DNA from: Octopus sinensis
Lineage: Eukaryota
Assembly (NCBI RefSeq): GCF_006345805.1
Contig: NC_043004.1
Coordinates: 682,001-746,000 of the forward strand
Direction of reading: 5' to 3'
Length of the DNA: 64,000 nt
This document shows, one piece after another, positions 37,185-49,624 of this stretch. The position numbers and the translations under genes are program-made. Every line of letters begins with the position of its first letter. Positions within the stretch are counted from its first letter, which is position 1. The notes below the pieces were generated by a model. The model was not told where the DNA came from and did no database searches. It saw only the letters and a list, made by a program, of their open reading frames with translations.

Positions 37185-37214
<30 letters not shown>

Positions 37215-37216
<2 letters not shown>

Positions 37217-37430
37217 CGAATATGTGTCTTTGTCGTTGTGTTTGTCATCCACACCACTTCATAACCGGTGTTGTTTTGTTTACATCACCATACATTAGCG
37301 GTTCGGTATAACAGACTGATAGAATAAATATCAAATTTCGAAAAAACAAAAAAGCACGAATACTGGGGAAACTTTTCGAGTAAAACCTTTGAAGGTAGTG
37401 CCCCAGCATGGTCACAGTCCAGTAATCATA
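37215..37430 (+). mobile_element. SINE family A, 3' half (diverged)
   Basis: TTAGCGGTTCGG...GACTGATAGAATAA...GCCCCAGCATGGTCACAGTCC. Confidence 0.7.
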
Positions 37431-37983
37431 CTGTATTGGTCCTTAATCTAGCTCTTGGACAATATCCATGAGGTGGAATGACAGGTATGCATTCCTGAAA
37501 AACTCCTGGTTTAGTCTGAAGAAGCATTATTTAGGTTTGTACGTTGGTGAAAAACTTCCAAAGTACAGAACCTTCGACTCTAAAGACAGGAAGGCCCCGA
37601 AAGATCTGATGTGATAGATAAAGGTAAAAGTATTTGAATAATAACAGAAACCTTTCTAAACGGTTGATGTTGGAGGCTCAAATATGTTTCTTTATTGACC
37701 ATACTGGGCTGAACACAGAGGGGACAAAATAGAGCTTTTCTTTTTGGGAAGAAAAAAAAAAGTGGGTCGAATTCCGATCAAAAATGATCGTGGAAAAAAA
37801 TAGGGGGCCGATCAATAGGGCTCGTGTATCACAGAAATGTCATGATGTAAAAGGGAAACAGATTAGGTTTATCAGTGGAAAGAAAAGCCTACGGAAAAGA
37901 CCACGGTAACCTTGGGCAATAATGTCATGCAAAAAAAAAATACATTACAGTAAGTGACTCTTTTTTCCTTTCTTTTTTTTTGG

Positions 37984-38270
37984 TTCATAATATTATGCTC
38001 AAGCTGGCTCCGTCATTCACACGTGGCATCCTTGCTACGTTCACCCATCATTTTTTGAAACATTTACTAGACAAAACTTCTCTCTCTACTCTCACCTTCC
38101 TCTTCAAGTGAGTAACCCTCTATTTTAAATTTTTCCGGGTTCATAGGATTATGTTCAAGGTGGCTCCGTCATTCATACATGTCATCCTTGCTACATCCAT
38201 CCATCTTTTTTTGAAATATTCTCTAGACAAAATTTTCCTCTCTACTCTCACCTTCCTCTTCAAGTAATAC
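37984..38270 (+). repeat. Diverged tandem duplication, 156-bp period
   Basis: TTCATA..ATTATG.TCAAG.TGGCTCCGTCATTCA...CTCTCTACTCTCACCTTCCTCTTCAAGT at 37984 and 38140. Confidence 0.85.
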
Positions 38271-38646
38271 TTGAAGAAGTTGATGAGAGATTTACCAGAG
38301 AGGAAAGTGTTTGTTTCTAGACCTTTCAGACGCGTCCACCATGTGTACAATGTGTACAAATAATACGGAAAAAATAAATGAATAGATATCAGGGTAGTAA
38401 AAATTTCACGTAAGTACCAAGAATGTTATAGCCCACTTAAAAGGTAGGGTTTAGTGAAATGTGTTTCTATAACAAATAAATAAAGAAATGAAGTTAAAGG
38501 CAGGTGTTATTCAAATCTTTATACTTTTCTGACATATGTTTCGAAGAAAACATTGGTATTATTCTGGAGGGAATAAAATGATGTAAAACATTACGATTTT
38601 CTCATCAGCAAAGGAAAAGTCATTTTAACTGAATGTGATGACTGCG

Positions 38647-38678
<32 letters not shown>

Positions 38679-38720
38679 TGTATGTATGTATGTATGTATG
38701 TATGTATGTATGTATGTATG

Positions 38721-38762
<42 letters not shown>

Positions 38763-38939
38763 CTATCTGTGTGTACGCACGCCGCTATATGTATATATAA
38801 ATATAAAAAATGGAACAAAAGCGCAGTAGAGGACAATAAAACATTCGGACAGATAGACGTATTTACTGTCCGAATGTTTTATTGTTCCCTTTTGCGTTTT
38901 TGTTCCATTTTACATATATCTGTTATACCTGTATTTCAT

Positions 38940-39078
38940 ACGGCCAACCTTGTCACACTCTGTGTCACGCCGAATCTCTCCAAGAACTACGTTAAAGGTA
39001 CATGTGTCTGTGGAGTGCAGGCTGTTCCGTTGATTGGATCAACAGGAACTCACGTTGCCGTAGCCGACAGAGTGCCGT
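38940..39078 (+). mobile_element. 3' half of SINE family D
   Basis: GGCCAACCTTGTCACACTCTGTGTCACGCCGAATCTCTCCAAGAACTACGTTAA matches 34040-34230. Confidence 0.75.
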
Positions 39079-39080
39079 AG

Positions 39081-39161
<81 letters not shown>

Positions 39162-39204
39162 TATATATATAATATATATATATATGTATTATATATAAAT
39201 GTAA

Positions 39205-39836
39205 TAAAATACATCTAATATAGGATAAAATTTTTCGAAAAAATTTCTATTAATGGCCAGCATATAAAAAATACCTTTAAAGGTTAAACTTATAAACAAC
39301 TAATAAACAAGGGCAAAAGAAAAATTCTAATGCAAAATGTGCCGAAATTAGACAAATCGTCAATAACCATATAATTTATCACTATAAGAACGCGTCTCGA
39401 AGTAAGCCGACATAAATTTCTAAAAAATTCCATTATTATCGTATCGGTCCCAATTTCAGAGTTAATTCATAAGAATTTCCTCCTTCATAAGAATTTTGCC
39501 CTTGTTTATAAGTTCTTTATAAGTTTAACCTTTAGAGGTATTTTTTAATATACTGGTCATTGATACAATTTTTTAAGAAAAATTTTATCCTATATTAGAT
39601 GTAAATTTAACAGTGTTCACTTCCGGACTCTCTCACTCTATGAGAGGTGTGCAGGAGAATTTCTATTTTGGATATATTTGGGGTACTTAATTGTGCTCAT
39701 GACTTAGTGTTTGCTTCTTTCAAGGGTATAAGTAAGTATTTCATTTATTTCTTACCGCATTTATCGCTGACGAGGAGAAAATTCTTATGAATTAACTCAG
39801 AAATTGGGACCGATACGATAATAACGGAATTTTTTT
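39205..39836. mobile_element. (TA)n-flanked element with interleaved inverted repeats A-B-A'-B'
   Basis: A about 39210-39328 and A' about 39494-39603; B about 39423-39480 and B' about 39778-39836. Confidence 0.75.
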
Positions 39837-39839
39837 ACA

Positions 39840-40600
39840 GTAAACAGTCTGCTCAATACCACAGATTTGCTTGTCAGTTGTTTGACCTTAACCAGTTGAG
39901 CATGTCTCTTAGTGGCTGACTATAAGTGCATCACTGATCACGAGCAGAAGTAGTGGGGAGGCATCATAGTCATATGTTGAGAGGAATTCTTTAGGATTTG
40001 ACTAATTCCCCTTTGGAAACATTGGTGTTTCGTTTATCATCCTTAAACAAACCTTATTCAAGGACCTTTTGAGCAGGATGGGCTACTTAACCCCTTACCC
40101 GGCAGAAACGAATATATGCGTTTTGACCGAAATCGCTTTTTTCTATCTCTGGCGAGTTAACTCGTCAAAAGATAGACTCGCCAAAATCGACAGCAAATGA
40201 GTTCCTTCGTCTAAAAACGGGTTAACTTGTTTCTGCCCAAAGCGGTAATTTAAAATCAATATTATTGAATTAAAATTCATAATAAATAAGGTTTGAAATA
40301 TACCTCGAAATCACCATTCAAAACATAGTAAAATAAAACAATTAAAAAATATGTCTGAAAAAATACATTTATTTTCAAAATAATTGTTGGGTAAGGGGTT
40401 AACCTGAAGAAAATTCTAACTGGGTCTCCACCTGTGAATCATGCGCTGTTTACCTTGATATAAGATCACTTTGTCGCGCACATATGGTTGTGATATAAGT
40501 GCCTGGTGTACCCTTATCAGACGTAGTCATGATGGGTATATTGGGCTTCGTATATTTGTACCCTAGTGCCACTTTGATGGTATGCGCTGCTCTCTCACTC

Positions 40601-40601
<1 letters not shown>
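39840..40601 (+). mobile_element. Repeat X (about 450 bp net, ends in (AAT)n; probable LINE 3'UTR or SINE), carrying a MITE insertion
   Basis: Collinear with 43245-43685 (TGCTCAATACC.CAGATTT.CTTGTCA.TTGTTTGACCTTAAC.AGTTGAGCATGTC...) apart from the 308-bp insert. Confidence 0.85.
40091..40398. mobile_element. piggyBac-type MITE (308 bp)
   Basis: TTAA (40087-40090) + CCCCTTACCC...GGGTAAGGGG + TTAA (40399-40402); absent from the paralogous repeat X copy. Confidence 0.88.
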
Positions 40602-40659
<58 letters not shown>

Positions 40660-40677
40660 TAATAATAATGATAATAA

Positions 40678-43133
40678 AAATAATAGGTTATTCAGAGTAG
40701 ATCAGAAGAGATTCTATAAAGAAATAAATGGATAGTGTACCGATAAAAAGTTGATACCAGATAACAATGAAAGTCAAAGGTTTTGGAGTGACATCTGGAG
40801 CAAAGACAAAGAGCAGAAGAAGGATGCTGAGTGGTTGCAAGAACTGAAACAAACAGTAGTCTGTCCAAACCAGGCAGAACTAGTCATTTCAGTTAGAGAC
40901 GTGAAGGCAAAAACAGAGAAAAAAAATGGGTAACTGGAAGGCTCCGAGACTAGATGGAATTGAAAGCTACTGAATCAAAAGATTTGGTGAATGTCATGCA
41001 CGAATAGATGCACAACTCAACACCTTGTTAAATGCCGACCAAGTAACATCAGAGTGGTTGACATTGGGTAATACAGTGCTGTGCCGAAAAACATCGAAAA
41101 AGGCAATTCGGTAGAAAATTACCGGCCGATATCCTGTTTGCCACTTATGTGGAAATTATCGACTGGAATACTCGCAGAATCAATGTACGAACATCTGGAA
41201 CATCTGCCACATGAGCAGAAGGGTTGCAAGCGTAAGTTCAGAGGTACCAAGGATCAACTCCTGATAGAGAAAACTGTACTTAGAGACTGCAAGAGGGCGA
41301 AAAGTACCTTAGCCATGTCATGGATCGACGTAAGGTGTACAATATGATCCCACACTCTTGGATAATGGAATATATGAACCTATTTGGTATTGCATCGAAA
41401 GTTGAACGATCGCTTGAGAAAAGTATGGCGAATTCGCGGACAGACCTGACAGCGTACGAAAGAAGTTTAGGGACTGTAGAAATCAGGAGGGACATGTTCC
41501 AAAGGGACTGCCTGTCCCCACTGATCTTTGTACTGCGCTTGAAACCACTAACATTGATTCTGAGGAAAGTAAAAGCTGGGTATGTATTCAAAAGCTGCCA
41601 ACAAAAAGTCAACCATTTGTTATTCATGGATGACCTCAAACTTTATGGTAAAGATGAATTCCAAGTCAGTTCCCTCGTTGATACAGTGTATATTTTCAGT
41701 GCTAATATCATAATGGAGTTCGGACTAAGAAAGTGTGGTGTGTTAGTCTTGGAGAGAGGCAAAATCAAATGTATGGACGGGATAACGATACCGTCGGTGG
41801 AGGTTATGAAGCAGATAGAAGATACAGGCTAAAAGTACTTGTGGATTTTGTAAATGGATAAATTGATGGAGAAAGAAATGAGAAAAAATTAAGGTGGAGT
41901 ACTTGCACAGACTGAGACTGATCCTTAAGTCGAAATTAAACTGACGGAATAAGATTGAAGCTGTCAACACCTGGGCGGTTTCACTCCTTAGATATGGAGC
42001 AGGGGTAATCGCATGGACAGCAGATGAAGTAAACAGCTTAGACAGAAAGTCAAGGAAGTTGCTAACTAGATATGGGACACTCCACCCAAAAAGTGACACA
42101 GTCAGACTGTATGTACCAAGAAAAAGCGGGGGAAGAGAACTTATTGGATGCGAACACAGCATTAGAGCAGAAGAAAGCAACATAGCATGGTATGTAAAAT
42201 ATCCCACAGAACTGTCATTATTGGAAGTAGGAAGGTCAGGCTTGTGTAGGATGAAAAATTGCAAAGATAAAGCACTATATAAGAAATTGAAAACGAATGA
42301 AACTGAAAATAGGTGGGTAAAGAAAAGAATGCATAGACAATTCCATAGAGATGTTGAAGACAGACAGAAAAAAAGATGGCTCTGGATGACTAAACACGAT
42401 TTAAAACTGGAACGGAGGCTCTAAACTGTGCTTCTCAAGATCAAGCATTAAGAACCAATTACATCAAATACAGAATAGACAACACATCAGAAAGTGATAA
42501 GCGCAGAAATTTTGGACAAAATGGTGAAACCGTATGGCATATTAACAGTCAATGAACGCCACTAGCCCAGAAGGAATATAAGAGACGTCATGACAATATA
42601 GCATTGGACACTTTGCAACAAGTATGGACTTGACAGAGCAAAAATTGGTGCGAACATAAACCCGAAGGCATCATCGAAAATGATAATACAAAGATCCTAT
42701 GGGATTTTATGATTCAGTGCGACCATGAGATAGAGAATACCAAACGAGACATAGTGTTAGTTGAGAAGGAAACGATGCTGGATCATAGATATAGCATGCC
42801 CAGCTGACAACAAAGTATGCGATAAGGAAGAAAGGGAAGTCGAGAGATTTGACAGGTTAGCTTGGGAAGTTAAGCAGTTGTGGTCGATGAAAATGTTGGT
42901 AGTAGTACCAATAATTGTCGGAGCCCTGGGGACAGTGAGTAAAATTCATGAGAAGTACATGGAACAAATAGGGGCTGCTATAAGGGTGGAGCACTTGCAG
43001 AAAGCAGCACAGCTTGGAACCGCTCGAACACTCCGGATGGTGCTCGAAAAATAAGGGGTGCTACCTTAGTTCACTGGTAGTGAACAGCTGACACCGTAGT
43101 ACATCTCCAGTGTTAGAATCTGTGCAAAGTCAA
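40678..43133 (+). pseudogene. 5'-truncated R4/Dong-like non-LTR retrotransposon (RT, degenerate CCHC region, RLE), frameshifted
   Basis: NRLFRVDQKRFYKEING; ESQRFWSDIW; [14 protein letters not shown]; QRDCLSPLIF; NHLLFMDDLKLYGK (FMDD at 41623-41634); LHPKSDTVRLYVPRKSGGR; ILWDF..IIDIACPAD..VVPIIVGALG..LGTARTLRMVLEK*; (AAT)n at both ends. Confidence 0.93.
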
Positions 43134-43244
43134 TAAAATAATGATGATGATAATAATAATAACAACAGCAACAGCAACAACAACTGACTGGAACATGTAC
43201 ATGTTTTTGTCTTGATATAAAAGATGGGATATAGCAAATATTCT

Positions 43245-43685
43245 GCTCAATACCGCAGATTTACTTGTCACTTGTTTGACCTTAACTAGTTGAGCATGTC
43301 CCTGGTAGCTGATGATATGTAAATCTCTGATCACAAGCAGAAATAGTTGGAGAGTATCATAGTCATGTATTGAGAGGGATTCTTTGGAGTTTGAATAATT
43401 CAACTCTGGAACCATGGGTGTTCCATCCAACACCCTTAAACCACTTTTATTCAGGGACCTTTTGAGCGGTATGGGCTACTCGGCCTTAAGAAAATTCTAA
43501 ATGGGATCCACTTGCAAGGTCATTTGCTGTTTATCTTGATATGAGATCACTATGTTGCGCACATATGGTTGTGATGCATATGCCTGGTCTACCCTTATCA
43601 GACGGGTAGCCATGATGGGTGTACTAGGCTTCGTATATTTTATCGCAGTGTCACTTTGATGGCATGTGCTACTCTCTCACCCAAT
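43245..43685 (+). mobile_element. Repeat X, second copy, ending in (AAT)n
   Basis: Homologous to 39840-40601 without the MITE. Confidence 0.85.
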
Positions 43686-43856
43686 GACAATAATAATAAT
43701 AATAATAATGATAATAATAATAGAACTGGTAGTTGTAGTGGTAGTGGTTGTGGTAGTAGTGGTAGTGGTAGTAGCATTATTATTATTATTCAGTAGTTTA
43801 TTATTATTATTATTATTATTATTATCATTATTATTATTATTAGTAGTAGTAGTAGT

Positions 43857-43888
<32 letters not shown>

Positions 43889-43960
43889 TAGTAGTAGTAG
43901 CAGCAGCAGCAGTAGTAGTAGTAGTAGCAGCAGTAGCAGCAGTAGTGGTAGTAGACGTAG
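43686..43960. repeat. Compound (AAT)/(GTA)/(ATT)/(GCA) trinucleotide microsatellite
   Basis: Direct reading. Confidence 0.9.
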
Positions 43961-45049
43961 TTGTTTATTTCTACTTTTAACAAAGGGCCATCTGCTTATT
44001 AATTTCATCGACCCCAGCATTTTCTCAAGCACTCAACCAAATCTGATATCTGCTGCTTTATGTCATTTTTTATTCCTTATCGGTACAAGGTCACATATTT
44101 TTTCAGAGAGTCGGATTATTAATTGAATGGCATGACCTCAGTACCTGAGTGAGGTACATATCAATCATTGCTGGAGATATGAATGAAAGAGAAAGTGTAC
44201 TCTGACACCATTTTCACTAAGAATACAAAAAGGTATATCACATTCAGTCCGATTTAGTACTGTTCCTAATTTTACACCACCGTGACAATAATAACGATAA
44301 TAATAATAACCAAAAAGAAAATGTACGTAGTAACTTGTAAAATGAAAATGTGCATAACTTGTATAAAGAAAATACATGGGTGATAATAGGAATGCTAGGC
44401 ATAGAAAATATTTTGAAAAACGAAGACGTAAAACACATGCCAAGGTCTATAACTCGACATGTCAAAAAAGAACAAAAGCACTGCTACACGCAGCTTACGT
44501 CCTACGCAATATGTATTCAATTCAATAGCAACTCTTTCTGCACATTTCACACAAGGCATTCTCTACGCAGCTATCACTCAATAAATAACTTGTAAAATAT
44601 ATACATTTCACAATCACCACTTATAAATAAAAGCAGAGAGTGCTGATCAAAAACCTAAATACACTGCTAAAATAAAGTTTTATAATGTAATTGATAAAGT
44701 AGATAAGTATCAATGTTAAACTCCTTTCTAAATGGTATAACACTCCTTTTTCCCTTCTATGCAGCAGTAATGCCGTTATGTATACATTCGATCAAGATTT
44801 TGCAATAAACTGGTCTTAACTATTTTACCCAAATTTGCAGTATCCTCTTCTTTAAATTCGTTCTTCTAGCAGTTGGAAAACACGACTTTCAAGTCTTACT
44901 CTTTCCACTTCGAATGGTTACCGCCAGAGGGACGAAGGAAGGATGAGTGAGACGTCTTAATGCCCGATGTACAGGGCAACTGTACTGGGGGTCTAAGTCT
45001 AAGACTAAAACTCCTTTAAAGGTTTTTCCATCACGCTTAGTATTTGTTT

Positions 45050-45270
45050 TTTTAGGACATCTTGCCACAAAGTGCGACCTAGTGGCTTCGATTCACGGAC
45101 TGGGCGGTGCGCTGTGCTCATGAACAAAACACTTAATTTATCCAGTTGCAGGTGAGTAACTCCAGGACAGACAGACGCCTTGTCCAAGGGGAAAGTTGTG
45201 ATCTCGGTCACTTACACAGCATGGAAACAGGGTAACCGACCCCTATGAGTAGTGGGACTCGAGACAATAA
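45050..45270 (+). mobile_element. Degraded SINE family C
   Basis: GGCTTCGATTCACGGACTGGGCGG..TGTGCTCATGAACAAAACACTT...CCCCTATGAGTAGTGGGACTCGAG. Confidence 0.5.
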
Positions 45271-45522
45271 TGCTCAGAAGCTACGTTGTCAATGAATTCA
45301 AGTCTACCTGCAATCGACGTCTCATTGTTTTGGTGGCGCGTTCTACTATTGTTGGCCACTGTTCTTCCATGGAACTATAAGATGTAAATGGATATACTAC
45401 GCAGAGACGATGAATCATAAGGTTAGTTTGAAACGCTGTGATCGAGATTCTAATCTGCCGAATTCTATAATTTGTTGAAAAGTCACCAATCAATCAATCA
45501 GTCAATCAATCACCATATATAT

Positions 45523-45945
45523 ACTGAAGCCGTCAGTAAAAAAATGCGGAAGACCCTGCTGTGGGATATGCGTCAATTTAATTGAGGGATCAGAGTTCTC
45601 CTTCAAACAGGGACAACGTTTCACAGTGAAAAGTAGCTTCACATGAGCTTCGGGGAACCTGATATATGCACTAACCTGCTTTGAGTGTCAAGAGCAATAC
45701 ATAGACCAAACAAAAACAGTCTACGTGAAAGGATGGCTCTGCATAGATCCCAGATCCCAGATCAACATTCCCCAAAACAGAAAAATAGCATTTAACCAAC
45801 ACATCGATATTTGCGCCAATAACAAAAATCTAAGTTTCAGAATTTTTCTCCTCTACCAATTCAGGGACGATACAACCTGCAGCTAACGAATTAGTAAAGA
45901 AACTCTCTTTATTACAAAATACAAACCCCTTTTGAACGCACAAAC
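45523..45945 (+). pseudogene. Penelope-like element GIY-YIG endonuclease remnant with upstream Cys-rich motif (Neptune-like)
   Basis: KKCGRPCCGICVNLIEGSEFSFKQGQRFTVKSSFT*ASGNLIYALTCFECQEQYIDQT /fs/ SLRERMALHRSQI /fs/ NQHIDICA..FRIFLLYQF..RISKETLFITKYKPLLN. Confidence 0.85.
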
Positions 45946-46354
45946 GACTTATCCACTACGGCCTTCGAATAACTCAAACACGCGCAAATTTTACAAATGA
46001 TACATTCAAGAGACATCCAAGAATTCATTAAAAACAGTCTCAATCACTGCTATAAAACACAACGATCCACATTTAGGTCACTTGACCATTTTACATCCTA
46101 CTACTATCATACCATCCCGCATTCCCTTATCATTATCTCTTCTTCTCTTTCTCCTTCTTCTTCTTCGTCTTCTTCCTCTCCGCCACCCTCCTTCTTTACT
46201 TTACTACTAGTGCAATATTATAAACAATACAGTCAAAAGAGATGTCTCAAGAATTCAATCACTACTACCATCCACAGAAAGTCACTTTCAGGGCACTTGG
46301 CCATTTATCATCCTACTACTATCATAGCAAACCCCGCATTATTCTCCTCCTCCT

Positions 46355-46460
46355 CCGTCTTCTTCTTCTTCTTCTTCTTCTTCTTCTTCTTCTTTTTCTT
46401 CTTCTTCTTCTTCTTCTTCTTCTTCTTCTTCTTCTTCTTCTTCTCTTCTTCTTCTTCTAT
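46355..46460. repeat. (TTC)n microsatellite
   Basis: Direct reading. Confidence 0.95.
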
Positions 46461-46537
46461 ACGAGAATTTATCATTAATCACGACAATTGTTTCTACACA
46501 TCTAGCACCGATCCTTCACGGGCGGGGCACTCAATAA

Positions 46538-46750
46538 CTGGTTCCTTTACTTGTTTCAGTTATTAGACTGCGGCCATGCTGGGGTACTGCTTTGAAGAAT
46601 TTTAGCCGAACGAATCAACCCTAGTACTCATACTTTTTTTAAAGCATGATACTTACTCTATCAGTCACATTTGTCGAACCGCTAAGCTACGGTGACCTAA
46701 ACACACCATTACTGATTATCAAGCGGTGGTGGGGGACAAAGACAGACATA
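46538..46750 (-). mobile_element. SINE family A, 3' half
   Basis: TTTACTTGTTTCAGTTATTAGACTGCGGCCATGCTGGGG...GAACCGCTAAGCTACGG. Confidence 0.8.
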
Positions 46751-47339
46751 ACACAGCTTGTACATGCAATATTACTATTTTCTCTTTTATTACTACCAGC
46801 ACCGCCCACTCAACAATTACTACCCCCATCACACAACCACACCACTACCATTGCTACCACCACTACTGCCATCGCCACACCACTGTCGTCATTCACTCCC
46901 ACCATCACCACCACAACTACCACCAGCATTACCACTACTCCCCACCAACACAACGGCGGGAATCCCATTCTGAAGTAAACATAAAAATACGCTGAATGGT
47001 TCTTTTGTTCAATAACATGTGGCGTTCTTACCTTATTTATTCGCTGACGTATTCACTGTTTCATTCATAGATTTCATTTCCATTCATTCATAACATTCCA
47101 TTCTGTTTCACACAAACAACCAGCCAACCAACCAACCAACCGACCGACCGACCGACCAAACATCGGAGCAGCAAACTCTCAAACTTAAAAAAAATTTCCA
47201 GGTATGCCTGGGTGGTTAAGAAGCTTGGGAAAGTGACTTCTACAACCACAGGCCAATCAATGCCTTGGGAACGAATTTGATTGACGGAAACCGTACAGAA
47301 GCCTGTCGTTTGTATGTGCTTATGTGTGTGTGTTTATAT

Positions 47340-47344
47340 GTGCG

Positions 47345-47378
<34 letters not shown>

Positions 47379-47441
47379 ATGTATGTATTTATTATGTATA
47401 TATATATATAAATAGGTGAATGAATTATCCTATGTTTATAG

Positions 47442-47481
<40 letters not shown>

Positions 47482-47488
47482 AATATAG

Positions 47489-47520
<32 letters not shown>

Positions 47521-47715
47521 TATGTATGTATTTATATATATTATATTATATATATATATATATATGTATGTATAATATATATATGGATTTATATATGTAT
47601 ATATATATATATATATATATTATATACATATATATATACACATATAAAATATAATATATATATATATAGTATAATATATATGTATGTATGTATGGGTATA
47701 TATATATATATATAT

Positions 47716-47769
<54 letters not shown>

Positions 47770-47775
47770 CTGCAT
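47340..47775. repeat. Long degenerate (TA)n tract
   Basis: Direct reading. Confidence 0.95.
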
Positions 47776-48171
47776 ATGTGTGTGTCATCGTGTCCATGTT
47801 TGTCCTCGCTACGGCAGGAAAGGAAATACTGGAGGTTGTAAATGAGTGCGCGCCAGGGAAGGAGTTTAGACCGAAGAAAGGTTATGAGAGGAGGTGAGAC
47901 GTGTGGGGAGGGACGACGTGAATCTGGCTGCACCCAAGAACAGAAACCATTATACGTAGCAGGGGTAGGTAAAAGTAGAGGAAGAAACAGCGCGCAAATA
48001 GATCAGGGGCTGGCGAGTGCCCGCGAGTGACTTTATGTCACTCAGTCGTATTTTCTTTCTCTGGATGCGGTCAGGGATGCTTGTATGTACATTCGTAGCA
48101 TCATCACAAGTGTGAGATTAATACTCCATAGGATCTCATCGGAGCTTTGAAGAGTATCAATAATTGTTAAA

Positions 48172-48410
48172 AAAGGCAAAGTTACCTTCTCGAGTCATGT
48201 CGACTCATAAGAGCCGGTTTCCTGGTTTCAGTGGCATATAAATTCCCCTCCTGGACGGGACGCCGGTCTTTTTTTGCCAGCTGAGAGGATTGGAGCAACG
48301 TGAAATGAAGTGTTTTGCTCAAGAACACAATCGATTTGCCCGGCCCAGGAATCGAAACCACAATCTTAAGATCTTGTGTCCAACACCCTAATCACTAAGC
48401 CACGCGCCTG
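48172..48410 (-). mobile_element. tRNA-derived SINE family C, near full length
   Basis: Reverse-complement head GGCGCGTGGCTTAGTGATTAGGGTGTTGGAC...GTGGTTTCGATTCCTGG (A and B boxes); tail ...GACTCGAGAAGGTAACTTTGCCTTT. Confidence 0.88.
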
Positions 48411-48419
48411 CAAACCAAT

Positions 48420-48620
48420 AATTGTCGGAGCTGGCAGAATCGTAATTATGTCAGACAAAATGCTGAACGGCATTTCTTCCAGCCCATTACCTTCTGATTT
48501 CAAATACCAGTAAGGTCAACTTTGCCTTTCGTTGTTTCAGGATCAATAAAATAATGGACCAATCAGCTACTGGCGTTGAAGTAATCGACTAGCTCCCTCC
48601 TGTAAAAATTTCTGGTCTGG
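48420..48620 (+). mobile_element. SINE family B (diverged)
   Basis: GAGCTGGCAGAATCG...GGTCAACTTTGCCTTTC. Confidence 0.75.
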
Positions 48621-49624
48621 AATCCTGCAACGGACAGGCTTTCCGTCCACAAGGAATGTTGTGGTTGCTTTTAAGCCATATAAACCGGGTATCTGGCCTT
48701 ATAGGTCCTAGAACTCAAGAAGAATGTATCTTTTGGTTTTGAAGAGAAGGGCCGCTGAGATTCTATCCTAGGAAGTGCTTTCGCCATGAGAGATCGTCAG
48801 TGATAGTGAGGCCCAACTATTGAAGTGATTGTGAAGGCTTCTAGTTGTGTACTACTCAGGAATAAGGGGCGAGGGCAGTGAAGTTTTCTTGATATGAGTA
48901 ACATTTTTGTTTCTGTCCTCTGAGGGATGATATAGTTGTAAAGTCTATATACAATGCTATCCGAAGGAAGGGTTGGCATGACGTGTACGTCAAGGGTGAA
49001 TCAGGACCAGTTTGCATTCATGCCTTTAATAACAAGGAATACTGGTGGAACACTCCAATAAAAACAGAAATTCGGTTCTAACATAACATATATGATATTT
49101 TCTGTAGGACAGAAAACAAAAGTCATGCACTGTTGTAGAGGGCAACTGTTTAACGAATGTAAATGTACTATCAAAAGTTCAAGAAAATGACAAGATTTAT
49201 GGTGAATTAATGCAGCTCTTGTATTTATGGTGAATTAATGCAGCTCTAATATTTTGTTTGTACCTTTCCTCATATGTGCATTAGGCTCTGTACCTACAAA
49301 TTTACACAAAAACCTAGAAGTGCTAGATTTTTCAAGGAACGACCAAGAGACACTGACGCAGATTCTACAAATTTAATCAATTAACAGCACAGTGAATATT
49401 TGTAAGACGTTTCAAAGATTTCCCATCTGAGATGTACACACTCAGCATGGACAGCTCAACCAACACACCAACTCAACAACATATTTACAAACAGTGAAAG
49501 ACTCTGAACTCAAAAAGTCATGTTGCTTTATTGGCGCTGGCTTGAAGTCTCTTAAGAAGAATTAAAAGAAAAACAAAAATATATTGTATAATCTTAATAT
49601 ATGTTATGTATCATATATATATAT

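Larger units (their letters stand above)
47800..48990 (-). pseudogene. Jockey-like LINE ORF2 C-terminal remnant(s), interrupted by SINE C and SINE B
   Basis: TKMLLISRKL; LGLTITDDLSWRKH (48775-48816); LLFKTKRY; [45 protein letters not shown]; YNGFCS; YNLQYF. The YKAQ-like block occurs twice, so two overlapping fragments are possible. Confidence 0.75.

Noticed and set aside
37440-37700. Possible Penelope RT remnant (FFTNVQ resembling SLFTNVP) on the minus strand
   Set aside because: Single short motif with many stops; no other RT motifs could be aligned by eye.
39840-43685. LTR retrotransposon
   Set aside because: The flanking repeats lack TG...CA ends, PBS and PPT, are clearly diverged, and the internal RT is non-LTR (R4/Dong-like) with an RLE domain.
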